59,244 nucleotides of DNA, taken from NCBI GenBank assembly GCA_043746695.1, contig JAYTQM010000830.1, forward strand, positions 1-59,244, given 5' to 3'. A program made the position numbers and the translations under genes. Each line of letters begins with the position of its first letter. The stretch's first letter is position 1. Shown here piece by piece: positions 26,912 to 37,031 of the stretch. The DNA is from Planctomyces sp. (GTDB lineage Bacteria; Planctomycetota; Planctomycetia; Planctomycetales; Planctomycetaceae). The notes below the pieces were generated by a model. That model saw only the letters and a program-made list of their open reading frames with translations. It did not search any database and was not told where the DNA came from.

Positions 26912-29740
26912 TTGACCGAGAATCTGGCTGAGGACAAACAGCAGCTCAAAGTTCGTATTTTCGCATTGGCGAAAGAGCTGGGTATGGACAGCAAAGTGCT
27001 GATCCAGCATTGCAATGATGCTGGCATCCCGGTGAAGGCGTCGGCGTTGGCCAGCATTTCTCCGGCCGAACGCGATGTTGTCTTGGGTTACATTAACTCC
27101 AAGAGCACTAAGCCTGCGAAAGGTGATGCTGCAGTTCTGCCGCGAGACGTGCCTGTTGAGGTGGCCGCTAAGGCCCGCCCAATTAAGACGATTCCTACGT
27201 CTCCACGGACAATGGCTCCGGTTATGCGACCGCTAGCTCCGTCCAAGCCGGTTCGAGAACGTGAGGAAGAGCCTGAGGCACCGATCGTTGAACAGATAGT
27301 TGCTCCGGTTCCGGAAGTTTCGGATGTGGTTGTTGAGGTTGAGAAAGAGGCGCAATTAGAAGAGATCCTCACGACCACTGAAGTTGTTCCGCAACCTGAA
27401 GTTCTTGACCTCCCAGCAGTCGGTGCAGTCGATTTGGATAACGGTGCGATTGTCGATGACCCCGCAGTCGTTGGAGCACATCGCCGAGAAGACTACATCA
27501 CCCCGCATGGGGCGACCCCGACCAAGTTGCGTGAAATGCGACCAATCGGGTCAACCGGGGACATGCGGCCCACCGGCACCGTGCGCAAATCGAAGCCGAA
27601 TCTTCCGCAGTTGGCCGCGATTCCTGACGCGCCTGTGGTTAAAGCGAAGAGAGACGACCGTCCGGCTCAGAAGCCAGATATTAAGATCACCGCCGACTTC
27701 GACCACACAGGTCCGTTGGCTGGCCGAGTGAGTCAGGTTGTCGAAGGGAAAAAGTCTCCCGTTGCGCCACGCAAGCGGATGATGACTCACGAAGAGGAAG
27801 AGGCCGAACGGACAAAAGGGAAAGGGCCGGGCGGTGTGTTGGTGGGTACGCGTGAAGAGCGTCGCCAAAAGAGACATACTCGCGTCGAAATTCCGACCGA
27901 TGAAGATGAGGATCGCCCCACACGAACTCGCGTGCGGATGCGTCGCCCGAAAACTGTGACTTACGGCGAACACAAGACGCACGCGGAAGTTGAACTCCCG
28001 ATTTCGCTGCGGTCATTGTCAGAGGCAATGGGACGACCGGTTAAGGCGCTGATGGGCATCTTGTTTAAGCAAAACAAGATGGTCGGCATCAATGATGCCA
28101 TCGAAGAGGAACTGGCGCTTGAGTTGTCGATGGAACTCGGCGTCGAGTTGACCATTCTGCGAGAGAAAGATCTCGAAGAAGAGTTGATGGAGACCCTTAA
28201 GGTCATTGATGCGCCGGAGAATTTGGTCACTCGTCCGCCGATCGTCACAATTCTTGGTCACGTCGATCACGGCAAGACAACGTTGCTCGACAAGATTCGG
28301 TCATCGAATGTCGCTGGCGGCGAAGCGGGAGGCATTACTCAACACATTCGTGCGTATCAAATTGAACACAACGGGCATAGGGTGACGTTTGTGGACACGC
28401 CGGGCCACGCGGCGTTCGGTGAAATGCGAGCTCGTGGTGCGAACGTTACTGACGTCATCGTGCTGGTCGTTGCCGCGAATGATGGCGTTATGCCGCAAAC
28501 AATTGAATGTATTGCTCATGCGAAGGCGTCGGGAGCGACGGTCGTAGTGGCAATGAACAAGATCGACTTGCCGGATCGCAACGAACAAAAATTGCTCAGC
28601 GATTTGGCAACCCATGGACTGCTGGTGCAGGAGTGGGGCGGCGATGTTGAAATGGTCCGCACATCTGGCATCACTGGAGCGGGCCTCGACGACCTGTTGG
28701 AGCTGTTGCTCCTGACCGCTGAAGTTCACGAATTGAAAGCAAACCCGAACCGCCCGGCTGTTGGTCTTTGCCTGGAAGGCTTCCGCGACGAAGGTCGTGG
28801 AGTGTTGGCATTAATGATGGTTCGCCAGGGAACGTTGCGAGTCGGGGATATTATTCTTTGTGCTGGTGCTCATGGGCGTATTCGAGCGTTGTACAACGAC
28901 CGTGATGAGGAAGTGTCCGAGGCTCCGCCATCGACTCCGGTGCGAGTGGCTGGCTTGGATATCATGCCGAATGCTGGCGAGCAGTTCTTCGTGATGGACG
29001 ATCTTGATGCGGCTCGCGAGATCGCTGAGATTCGTCAGCAACGAGGACGCAGTACGACGTTGTCTGGCCGGACTCGCAAGCGAACGCTGGATGACATTCT
29101 CAATTCGGATCGTGAAAACGCGATCAAGGATTTGCCGCTTATTATCAAGGCAGATACGCCGGGTTCGATCGAGGCACTCAAGCACGAATTGGCAAAGTTC
29201 GACCACCCGGAAGTTCGCGTCAACTTGTTGCATGCGGCAGTTGGTGGCGTGAACGAAAGCGATATCTACTTGGCGAGTGCGTCTGGTGCGATCATCGTCG
29301 CGTTCCACGTGATTGCAGATGATCGTGCAGCGGCGTTGGCTGACAAAGAGGGTGTTGATATCCGCCGATATCAGATCATCTATGAAGTCACTGATGAGAT
29401 TAAGGTCGCTCTGGAAGGACTGCTCACCCCTGAGAAGCGGCAGGTTTCGACAGGGCGGGCGATTGTCTTGCAAACCTTCAGCATTAGCCGTACTGGCACG
29501 ATCGCTGGCTGCCGTGTGCTTAGCGGTAACATCGAACGCAACAGTCGAATTCGATTGATTCGCGATCAAAAAGTACTCAACGATTATGGCATCGCATCAC
29601 TCAAGCGAGTGAAAGAAGATGCACGTGAAGTTCGCGAAGGAATGGAATGTGGTATTCGGCTTGAGCATTTCAATGATGTGAAGGAGGGCGACCTGCTGGA
29701 GGCGTATCGTATTGAGGAAGTGAAGCGGACGATGGATTGA
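26912..29740 (+). CDS. infB: translation initiation factor IF-2
   Basis: IF2_N ([12 protein letters not shown]), GTPase motifs [14 protein letters not shown] and NKID, and the C-terminal IF-2 domains. TTG start as in the track. Confidence 0.95.
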   Translation: MTENLAEDKQQLKVRIFALAKELGMDSKVLIQHCNDAGIPVKASALASISPAERDVVLGYINSKSTKPAKGDAAVLPRDVPVEVAAKARPIKTIPTSPRTMAPVMRPLAPSKPVREREEEPEAPIVEQIVAPVPEVSDVVVEVEKEAQLEEILTTTEVVPQPEVLDLPAVGAVDLDNGAIVDDPAVVGAHRREDYITPHGATPTKLREMRPIGSTGDMRPTGTVRKSKPNLPQLAAIPDAPVVKAKRDDRPAQKPDIKITADFDHTGPLAGRVSQVVEGKKSPVAPRKRMMTHEEEEAERTKGKGPGGVLVGTREERRQKRHTRVEIPTDEDEDRPTRTRVRMRRPKTVTYGEHKTHAEVELPISLRSLSEAMGRPVKALMGILFKQNKMVGINDAIEEELALELSMELGVELTILREKDLEEELMETLKVIDAPENLVTRPPIVTILGHVDHGKTTLLDKIRSSNVAGGEAGGITQHIRAYQIEHNGHRVTFVDTPGHAAFGEMRARGANVTDVIVLVVAANDGVMPQTIECIAHAKASGATVVVAMNKIDLPDRNEQKLLSDLATHGLLVQEWGGDVEMVRTSGITGAGLDDLLELLLLTAEVHELKANPNRPAVGLCLEGFRDEGRGVLALMMVRQGTLRVGDIILCAGAHGRIRALYNDRDEEVSEAPPSTPVRVAGLDIMPNAGEQFFVMDDLDAAREIAEIRQQRGRSTTLSGRTRKRTLDDILNSDRENAIKDLPLIIKADTPGSIEALKHELAKFDHPEVRVNLLHAAVGGVNESDIYLASASGAIIVAFHVIADDRAAALADKEGVDIRRYQIIYEVTDEIKVALEGLLTPEKRQVSTGRAIVLQTFSISRTGTIAGCRVLSGNIERNSRIRLIRDQKVLNDYGIASLKRVKEDAREVREGMECGIRLEHFNDVKEGDLLEAYRIEEVKRTMD

Positions 29741-29884
29741 AGCGAACTGGATGGTGTTAGCCTCCAGGCAAGACCTCTGAAGGTCCGAGGGTTGGTGTGC
29801 TCCGGTTCGCCTCCGGATGGCTGTGTTGTTTGAAGTACTGCTGTTAGTTCTGAAGATTGAGTTTCTCGTTTTGGATTTGTAACG

Positions 29885-30340
29885 ATGCCTTCACGCCGGA
29901 TTGCCAAAGTGAATCAGGCCATTTTGGAGACACTCAGTTCCGCGATGTTGTTTCAGCTTCGCGATCCGCGAGTGAAAAATGTCACGATTCTGCATGTCGA
30001 AACCACGGATGATTTGAGGGCCGCGAAGGTTCATATCGGTGTCCGTGGAGATGAGAAGGTGCAGTCTCTCACTTTACATGGTCTCGATTCTGCGCGAGGT
30101 TTTTTGCAGTCGAAAATTGCCGAGCGATTAGATACTCGGTACACCCCGGTACTGAAGTTTGTTTTGGAACCGAATTGGTTGGCGAGTTTGACGGAAACAT
30201 CCGCAGACCTACATGTCGCAGAGGCAACAGTTTCTGAAGCGAATGCTGCGATCGCAGATGCAAACGGTGAATCAGACGATCATGGCGATGAGACTGATGA
30301 CGATGGCGAGTTTGGTGAGGACGACGATGAAGACCAGTAA
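29885..30340 (+). CDS. rbfA: ribosome-binding factor A with acidic C-terminal tail
   Basis: RIAKVNQAILETLS..LRDPRV..VTILHVETTDDLR.AKV. Positioned directly after infB. Confidence 0.9.
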   Translation: MPSRRIAKVNQAILETLSSAMLFQLRDPRVKNVTILHVETTDDLRAAKVHIGVRGDEKVQSLTLHGLDSARGFLQSKIAERLDTRYTPVLKFVLEPNWLASLTETSADLHVAEATVSEANAAIADANGESDDHGDETDDDGEFGEDDDEDQ

Positions 30341-30521
30341 GACAACTTTTGAGAATGAATCAATCGGGCCTTGCCCTTCCCCTGAAAAGCAAGAAGCTCG
30401 TCAGTGGCCGTGGTTCTGGCAGTGTCCCGTACCTTTGCCAGCGAGTTGATGCGAACGTGAAGCCTCTCGTTGTCCGAAATTTTCCCGATACTATCGACTT
30501 TCAAATTCAGGTGCGTTGCTC

Positions 30522-31385
30522 ATGGCCATCCTCAAGAAGACCAAAGCGTCCGACCTGCAAGGGCTTTGCAAGAAGCTCGTCACCCTGCTGAAAAAGCACT
30601 ACAAACCAGCCGCTCATAAAAAAGATCGGTCGGTTTTGGAGACGATGCTGTACGCCGTTTGCTTGGAAAATTCGACTCCAGAACTCGCGGACGCCGCTTA
30701 CGACCGATTGCATTCAGTGTTCCACGACATGAATGAAATTCGAGTCAGCACGTACTACGAGTTGACTCCTGTATTTGACGGCCTGTCGGAACCCGAAGCG
30801 CGTGCTGCTCGGATTCGAGCGATCCTGCAATATGTCTTCGAGATCAATTTTGATTTCGACTTTGAACCACTCAAACGTAAGACGCTCGAACTGGCCGAGA
30901 AGCAAATTCAGAAAATCCGCTTCATCACCAGCTTCATCCAAGCACACACGCTGCATACGGCACTCGGCACGCACATGATCCCCATTGATGATCACATGCG
31001 AGACGCCGCCGTGTGGCTGGGGTTGGCGACTCCCGGTGCAACGACGCACGATGCATCCGATGGCCTCAAAGCGGCAATCCTCAAATCTGACGCGCCGATC
31101 TTTTGTCATTACCTTCGATTGTTTGCTTCAGATCCGCGATTGTTGCCGCATTTCACGAAGCCTAAGCCTCCACCAGAGGGATTCGACGTTGAAGAGATGC
31201 TCGACCGTATGGAGGATCTGATCGCCAATGCTGACAAACTTGCGAAAGCCAAACCAGCAGTGAAGGCCGCACCGAGTAAGCCAGTGGCGAAGCCTGCGGG
31301 TAAGGCCGCTGTTCATCACGAAACGAAAAAGCCAACAGCCAAGCGTCCGACCAAGGTGGCTCCTACGAAAAAGAAGCCTCGGTAA
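30522..31385 (+). CDS. hypothetical protein: endonuclease III-like helical core + Lys/Ala/Pro-rich histone H1-like tail
   Basis: The core pattern is reminiscent of the HhH-GPD fold but has no clear LPGVG hairpin or catalytic Lys/Asp. The tail is KAKPAVKAAPSKPVAKPAGKAAV..KKPTAKRPTKVAPTKKKPR. Confidence 0.7.
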   Translation: MAILKKTKASDLQGLCKKLVTLLKKHYKPAAHKKDRSVLETMLYAVCLENSTPELADAAYDRLHSVFHDMNEIRVSTYYELTPVFDGLSEPEARAARIRAILQYVFEINFDFDFEPLKRKTLELAEKQIQKIRFITSFIQAHTLHTALGTHMIPIDDHMRDAAVWLGLATPGATTHDASDGLKAAILKSDAPIFCHYLRLFASDPRLLPHFTKPKPPPEGFDVEEMLDRMEDLIANADKLAKAKPAVKAAPSKPVAKPAGKAAVHHETKKPTAKRPTKVAPTKKKPR

Positions 31386-31515
31386 AGTTCCGGCCCCTTT
31401 GAGTCATTGGCGTACCCGGCTTGGAAATGCTCGCTAGAATCCGCCGCCGCTTGCGAACGCTTGGTGCTTCGCCGGTGACTTTGGTTTCAATTGCCAGTCC
31501 AAGGAAGCTCTGGTC

Positions 31516-33804
31516 ATGACACAGTCACGACAATGGATCGGCCGATTCATTCAAACGGTAAGTGCGATTGCCATCTTCGCCCTCTCCTTCATCGGAGGCA
31601 GTGTTGGGCTCGACTCGATGGCTACAGCAAGTCTCTTTGCTGGGAGTTTTGCTCAAGAAAAGAGTCCGCCTGCTGACTCGATTCACGGCACGATCACTCG
31701 CGGTGATTTTCGGATCGACTTCAACGATCCTCCCGAAAAATTGGTCCCAGTTCACGCACGCACGCCGGATGACCAAAAGCGGCTCGACGCTATGTCTTGG
31801 TACATGAAGGGACGGTTTCTGGAGCAGCGTGAGGAATTCAAAGGGGCGCTCGAAGCCTATGAAAAGTCTGTGCTGCTCAGCCCAAACGCGGTTGAGGTTT
31901 ATCGCGCGCTGATTCCCTTGGCGTTCGGATTGAACGACGCCGATCTCGCGATCAAGTACGCACTCAAAGCGATCGAGTTGATGCCTGACGACTTTCTGTT
32001 GTTGCAGCGCGTCGGGATTCATTTGGCGACGAAAGAGAAGATTCCTGAAGCGCTCAAGCTATTGGAACAAGCCTCGCGATCAAACAAGCTCGACCGTCAA
32101 TCCGGTCAATATGTCGCAATCATGCGTGACCTCGCGTTTTTGTATTTGATCACTGGTCAGGTTGAGAAATCGGCAGATGCTTTTGAAGTCGTCTTCGATG
32201 CGAAGGTCGATCCGGATAAGTACCACCTCGACTTCCAAATGAAGTCGGAATTGGAAAAGCATCAGCGGACGACCTACGAGGCAATTGGCCAAGTCTTCTT
32301 GGAAGCGAAACGTCCTGATCGTGCGATCGTCGCTTTGGAGCGAGCTGCGAAGGCCAAGAAATCAAAACCAGGCAACGTCGCCTTCAGCTTAGCTCAAGCC
32401 TATTTGATGACGGCACAGCCAGACAAAGCGCTCGACCAATTGCAGACATACTTTGATGCTCAACTGCAATCGAAAGGGAAGGTCGCATATCAATTGCTGG
32501 CGGAGATTTTGAAGGCTCAAGGGAAGTCGGGTGATCTGGTTTCTCGGTTAGAACAACTCGCCGAAAAAGATCAGCACAATCTCACGCTGCAATTCTTTCT
32601 GGCTCAGCAATACGTCGAAGCGAAGCGGTTCGATGATGCAGAGAGGCTCTATAAGAAAACGTTAGACAAAGAGAAGACAATCGAAGGTTATGTTGGTTTG
32701 GCGTCGCTATATCGACGGCAAAATCGTCCGACCGAATTGCTGCAAGCCCTGTCGCTAGCGATGTCCCGTGAATCGGAATTGGAAAAGTCTGCCGACGATC
32801 TTGAACGCGAACTGCAAGCGATCGCAGCAGATGAAAAGTTGGTGGCTGGATTATTGGATGTTGGAAAACAACAGACAGAAGGTGATGCGGCTAAGCTCGA
32901 TTTCGGTAGCAGTTTGTTGCTCGCCAAGATCGCTGCGCAAGGGAAGCAAGCGGACTTATCCGAAAAGTTTTACCGCCATGCGTTGAAGTTGCGTCGTGAT
33001 AAGGCGGGTGGTATCTATGAAGAACTTGGCAAGTTGTTGCTCGACGCTCGCAAGTTCGCCGAAGCTGCGAAGGTCTTTCAAGAGGCCGTCAAAGATGCGT
33101 CGCTTTTGAATGCTCGCCCGAACTTCCTTTTCATGCTCTCGCAAGCAGAGGAGATGGCCGGTAACACAGACGCCGCTTTGGAAGCGATTGCGGAAGCTCG
33201 CAAGGCGATCCCCGATCATCCGCTCCTGGCGTTTCAAGAAGCTTGGGTGCATTACCACGCTCATAATTGGGACAAGGCGGTGCCGTTGCTGGAGGCCTTC
33301 ATCGAGAAGCATGCGCAACATCGACTTGCGCGTCAGTGCCAATACAGCCTGTCGAACATCCATGTTCAAAAGGGTGAGATTCGCAAAGGTGAAGAGATCT
33401 TGGAAAAGGTCTTGGCAGAATCACCAGATGACCCGTCGGTGAACAACGATCTTGGTTACCTGTATGCGGATCAGGGGAAAAATTTGGAGCAGGCTCGCAG
33501 CATGATTGAGAAGGCGGTGAAGGCCGAACCCGACAACGCCGCCTATCAAGATAGCCTGGGCTGGGTGCTTTACAAACTTGGCAAATACCAAGAGGCGATT
33601 CCGTACTTGGAAAAATCAGCGAACTCACCACGCGGCGGCGACGCCACAATTTGGGATCATCTCGGTGATGCTCAAGACAAGCTCGGCCAAAAAGAGAAGG
33701 CGATCGAAAACTGGAAGAAGGCCCTGAAGGATGCGAAAGAAGACAAGCATCCGGATGCCAAGCTGATCGAAAAATTGGAACTCAAACTGAAAGCGAAGCC
33801 GTAG
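31516..33804 (+). CDS. tetratricopeptide repeat protein, secreted/anchored
   Basis: N-terminal hydrophobic segment followed by many TPR units. The TAG stop lies inside the GTAG of the following repeat. Confidence 0.85.
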   Translation: MTQSRQWIGRFIQTVSAIAIFALSFIGGSVGLDSMATASLFAGSFAQEKSPPADSIHGTITRGDFRIDFNDPPEKLVPVHARTPDDQKRLDAMSWYMKGRFLEQREEFKGALEAYEKSVLLSPNAVEVYRALIPLAFGLNDADLAIKYALKAIELMPDDFLLLQRVGIHLATKEKIPEALKLLEQASRSNKLDRQSGQYVAIMRDLAFLYLITGQVEKSADAFEVVFDAKVDPDKYHLDFQMKSELEKHQRTTYEAIGQVFLEAKRPDRAIVALERAAKAKKSKPGNVAFSLAQAYLMTAQPDKALDQLQTYFDAQLQSKGKVAYQLLAEILKAQGKSGDLVSRLEQLAEKDQHNLTLQFFLAQQYVEAKRFDDAERLYKKTLDKEKTIEGYVGLASLYRRQNRPTELLQALSLAMSRESELEKSADDLERELQAIAADEKLVAGLLDVGKQQTEGDAAKLDFGSSLLLAKIAAQGKQADLSEKFYRHALKLRRDKAGGIYEELGKLLLDARKFAEAAKVFQEAVKDASLLNARPNFLFMLSQAEEMAGNTDAALEAIAEARKAIPDHPLLAFQEAWVHYHAHNWDKAVPLLEAFIEKHAQHRLARQCQYSLSNIHVQKGEIRKGEEILEKVLAESPDDPSVNNDLGYLYADQGKNLEQARSMIEKAVKAEPDNAAYQDSLGWVLYKLGKYQEAIPYLEKSANSPRGGDATIWDHLGDAQDKLGQKEKAIENWKKALKDAKEDKHPDAKLIEKLELKLKAKP

Positions 33805-33864
33805 CACAGGCGGCTCGCCTGTGGGTTCCTCGATAAAATGCACAGGCGAGCCGCCTGTGCTACG
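33801..33864. repeat. REPIN-like family 2, copy b
   Basis: GTAGCACAGGCGGCTCGCCTGTGG, 16-nt spacer, CACAGGCGAGCCGCCTGTGCTACG. Stem of about 23 bp. Confidence 0.9.
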
Positions 33865-33948
33865 TTTTGAAGCCGACTCTCGTTTCTGGCTGCCAGCTTG
33901 AAGCAGATTCGCTCGCAATTATTCGTCTCAACCACCTTAATGACCTCC

Positions 33949-33965
33949 GCAAGCTGGCAGCTTGC
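33949..33965. promoter_or_regulatory. 17-nt perfect palindrome upstream of yebC (candidate operator)
   Basis: GCAAGCTG-G-CAGCTTGC, 22 nt before the yebC ATG. A related GCTGCCAGCTTG lies at 33889-33900. Confidence 0.3.
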
Positions 33966-33986
33966 GGCTACGTAAAAAAAAGACTC

Positions 33987-34736
33987 ATGGCAGGACATTC
34001 CCATTCGGCGAACATCGCCATCCGCAAAGGCGCGGTCGATAAAAAGCGTGGCAAGCTGTTTGGCAAGCTCAGCCGAGCAATCATCGTCGCCGCGCGGATT
34101 GGTGGCGGCGATCCGACTGGCAATTTGGCGCTGCGGTATGCACTCGACAAAGCTCGCAAGAACAGCATGCCTAAGGAGAACATTGATCGCGCCGTTAAAA
34201 AGGGCTGCGGCGAGTCATCTGACGAACAATACGACGACCTGGTTTATGAAGGTTACGGCCCTGGAGGCGTCGCGGTTCTCTGCGACATTCTTACCGATAA
34301 TCGCAACCGGACTGCGGGCGAAGTCCGTAAGGTCTTTGAAGTCCACGGCGGCAATCTTGGCAGCACGGGCTGCGTCTCATATTTGTTCGCTCGCAAAGGT
34401 TTTTTTGTCATCCCCGCTCAGCATGTTGAAGAAGACAAGCTATTTGAAATCGCGCTGGAAGCAGGAGCCGACGATGTGAAACGAGTCGACGATCACTTTG
34501 AAGTGACGTGCGATCCAGCGGTCTTCCAGCAAGTCAACGAAACGCTCGACACGGCAAAGATTCCGACGGACGTCGCCGAAATCCAAAAGATCCCGAACAA
34601 TCGAGTCGAAGTAGACCTCGAAATGGGTCGCCGAGTCCTCGCCTTCATTGATGCGCTCGAAGATCAAGACGATATCCAAACGGTGACGGCAAACGTCAGC
34701 TATCCGAATGAGTTGATTGCCGAGTTGTCTACGTGA
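33987..34736 (+). CDS. yebC: YebC/PmpR family DNA-binding transcriptional regulator
   Basis: The N-terminus MAGHSHSANIAIRKGAVDKKRGKLFGKL is diagnostic for this family. Confidence 0.93.
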   Translation: MAGHSHSANIAIRKGAVDKKRGKLFGKLSRAIIVAARIGGGDPTGNLALRYALDKARKNSMPKENIDRAVKKGCGESSDEQYDDLVYEGYGPGGVAVLCDILTDNRNRTAGEVRKVFEVHGGNLGSTGCVSYLFARKGFFVIPAQHVEEDKLFEIALEAGADDVKRVDDHFEVTCDPAVFQQVNETLDTAKIPTDVAEIQKIPNNRVEVDLEMGRRVLAFIDALEDQDDIQTVTANVSYPNELIAELST

Positions 34737-34819
34737 TCTTCAATGTTTGCGCGGGTAGTTTTCCTGCGATGTCAGTTTCATTAGGCCACTGACAACTGAC
34801 TTTGGACGACGGACAAATC

Positions 34820-35905
34820 ATGGCAAGGCAACGGATCATCAATGGCAGCCCTGACGAAGATCCGGATGACGAGTCACCTCGCCCGCCGCTTGGTCCCAAG
34901 GTGGGCTTTCGCCCTGACGACGAAAAGCATGACGATGAACTGCGCCCACAACGGCTCGAAGACATCGTCGGTCAACGCAAGGTTGTCGAGCGGTTACGCA
35001 TCATGCTTGACGCGGCGAAGAAGCGAAACGAGCCGCTCGGGCACGTCCTCTTCGATGGTCCGCCAGGATTAGGGAAGACGACCTTCGCGACGGTGATCCC
35101 GAAAGAACTCGGCACCGATTTTCAAATCGCGTCCGCTCCCGCGCTAACCGCTCCGAAGGATGTGTTGTCCTATTTGACGAATGCGAGTCACGGCTCGGTG
35201 TTATTCATCGACGAAATTCATCGTCTGCCGCCGGCCGTCGAGGAGTTCCTTTATCCGGCGATGGAAGACTTTCGAGTCGATATTTCGTTGGGCGAAGGGA
35301 TCAACGCGCGGACGATCAACATGCCTCTCAAGCGATTCACGATGATCGGTGCGACGACACGCAGCGGCATGTTGACCGCTCCGCTGCGCGATCGGTTTGT
35401 GAATCGCCTGCATGTCGATTTCTACGACGAACCCGATCTCGCTGAAATCATTACTCGTAACTCACGCAAGCTGCGTACAGAGATCGAACCGGCTGCTGCC
35501 GTCGAAGTCGCCCGCCGCAGCCGAGGGACGCCACGCAAAGCGAACAACTTGCTGTATTGGTGCCGCGACTACGCCGACAGTAAAGCTCAAGGCCGCATCA
35601 CAGATGACGTCGCAAAGCGGGCACTTGAAATGATCGAAGTTGATCACGTCGGCCTGGATGAACTCGATCGCCGCTATTTGATGATCTTGATTAACGTCTT
35701 CTGCGGCGGCCCGGCAGGCGTGCAAGCAATCGGCCACAGCATGAATTGCCCGGCAGATACTCTCGAAGACGAGATCGAACCGTTCTTGCTGCGAGTCGGT
35801 TTCTTACAACGAACTCCACGTGGACGACTCGTGACAGCAGCGGCACTCGCGCATCTCGGCATCACCGCACCGCCTGACAAGCCCGCTCAGGGGTCTCTGT
35901 TCTAA
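34820..35905 (+). CDS. ruvB: Holliday junction branch migration DNA helicase RuvB
   Basis: [30 protein letters not shown], and the winged-helix C-terminus [10 protein letters not shown]. Confidence 0.95.
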   Translation: MARQRIINGSPDEDPDDESPRPPLGPKVGFRPDDEKHDDELRPQRLEDIVGQRKVVERLRIMLDAAKKRNEPLGHVLFDGPPGLGKTTFATVIPKELGTDFQIASAPALTAPKDVLSYLTNASHGSVLFIDEIHRLPPAVEEFLYPAMEDFRVDISLGEGINARTINMPLKRFTMIGATTRSGMLTAPLRDRFVNRLHVDFYDEPDLAEIITRNSRKLRTEIEPAAAVEVARRSRGTPRKANNLLYWCRDYADSKAQGRITDDVAKRALEMIEVDHVGLDELDRRYLMILINVFCGGPAGVQAIGHSMNCPADTLEDEIEPFLLRVGFLQRTPRGRLVTAAALAHLGITAPPDKPAQGSLF

Positions 35906-36095
35906 GTACGAGACCCCAGCATCCGCTCGCTCACGCATCGGGTTAGTTTGGTTGCGGCTTTTCTGCCTCAAATTCACTGCGTCTCTGCGGGACATTTTTT
36001 CAACACGCATGGCAGAGAGCCGCAAATCGCTTCACCCAGACGAGGAGTTTCCAAGTACTCCTGCCGCGTGAGTTGCTCGCAAAAATCTCATACTC

Positions 36096-37031
36096 TCAAC
36101 TCACATCTGAGAGCGATGCCGATTCATCCGGAGCGGCCTCGCGTCGTCGCACCAGCAGCCACGCCGTGGGAGCGAGTACCAGCAGCATTCCCGCGATTGA
36201 CGCCGCCGAGTACTGACGGTTTTCAAACAGGACTTCAAACACCAACGCAAATCCGACCTGCGTCAGCCCGACCACAGAGACTCGCGAAGGGACGCCCAGC
36301 GTAAATGCTTTCGTCAAACAGAACTGGCCGATCGTTGCCGACATGCCGACTCCCAGCAGAAACAAGCAACTCGTCGGCGTCACTGGCAACGCTTTGTCTG
36401 GAAGTCGGCCATCGAGCAGCCACATCGCGCTGCCCGCAAAAACTAGCGACACACCGCTGAAGTGCCAGACGATCGCACGCGTGTCGAGACCTCGCACACG
36501 ATGCAGTCCGATCATTGCCAGCGAACTCGTGAATGAAGCAATCAACGCTCCCAACGTGGCGAGGTTGCCGTCTTCCAAATGTGGCTGCTGAATCAAAATG
36601 ACTCCACAAACAGCACACACCGCGCAACCCCAAACGAACATTTCCGGTCGTTGTCGCAGCATAGGCCAAGACAGCAATGCGACCCAAATTGGAAAGAGAT
36701 TCGTCAGCGTGAGTGCGTCCGCCACCGGCAATCGAGTCAGTGCATAGAACGTGCAAACTAAACTCGTGCTCCCCGCCAGACTTCGCAACCACAATGCCTT
36801 CGGGCCGAACAAAACCAAACGACCGCCCGCGATCCACGCGGATAATCCGGTCAGCACAAACGGCACGCTCGATCGACCAATCGCAATTGCCTGCCACGAA
36901 AAACGATCGCGAACCAAGTGCGCGAGCATGCTCATCACAGCAAATGCGAACGCTCCGCAAAGCATCCACAGATACGGCACGATAGGACGGACACGTGAGC
37001 CAGTTGGCGCGTTCGCAACAGTGTGGTCCAT
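36096..37031 (-). CDS. DMT/EamA family transporter
   Basis: Ten predicted helices. The ATG shares one base with the upstream gene's TGA stop (TGATG). Confidence 0.8.
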   Translation of the reverse strand: MDHTVANAPTGSRVRPIVPYLWMLCGAFAFAVMSMLAHLVRDRFSWQAIAIGRSSVPFVLTGLSAWIAGGRLVLFGPKALWLRSLAGSTSLVCTFYALTRLPVADALTLTNLFPIWVALLSWPMLRQRPEMFVWGCAVCAVCGVILIQQPHLEDGNLATLGALIASFTSSLAMIGLHRVRGLDTRAIVWHFSGVSLVFAGSAMWLLDGRLPDKALPVTPTSCLFLLGVGMSATIGQFCLTKAFTLGVPSRVSVVGLTQVGFALVFEVLFENRQYSAASIAGMLLVLAPTAWLLVRRREAAPDESASLSDVS

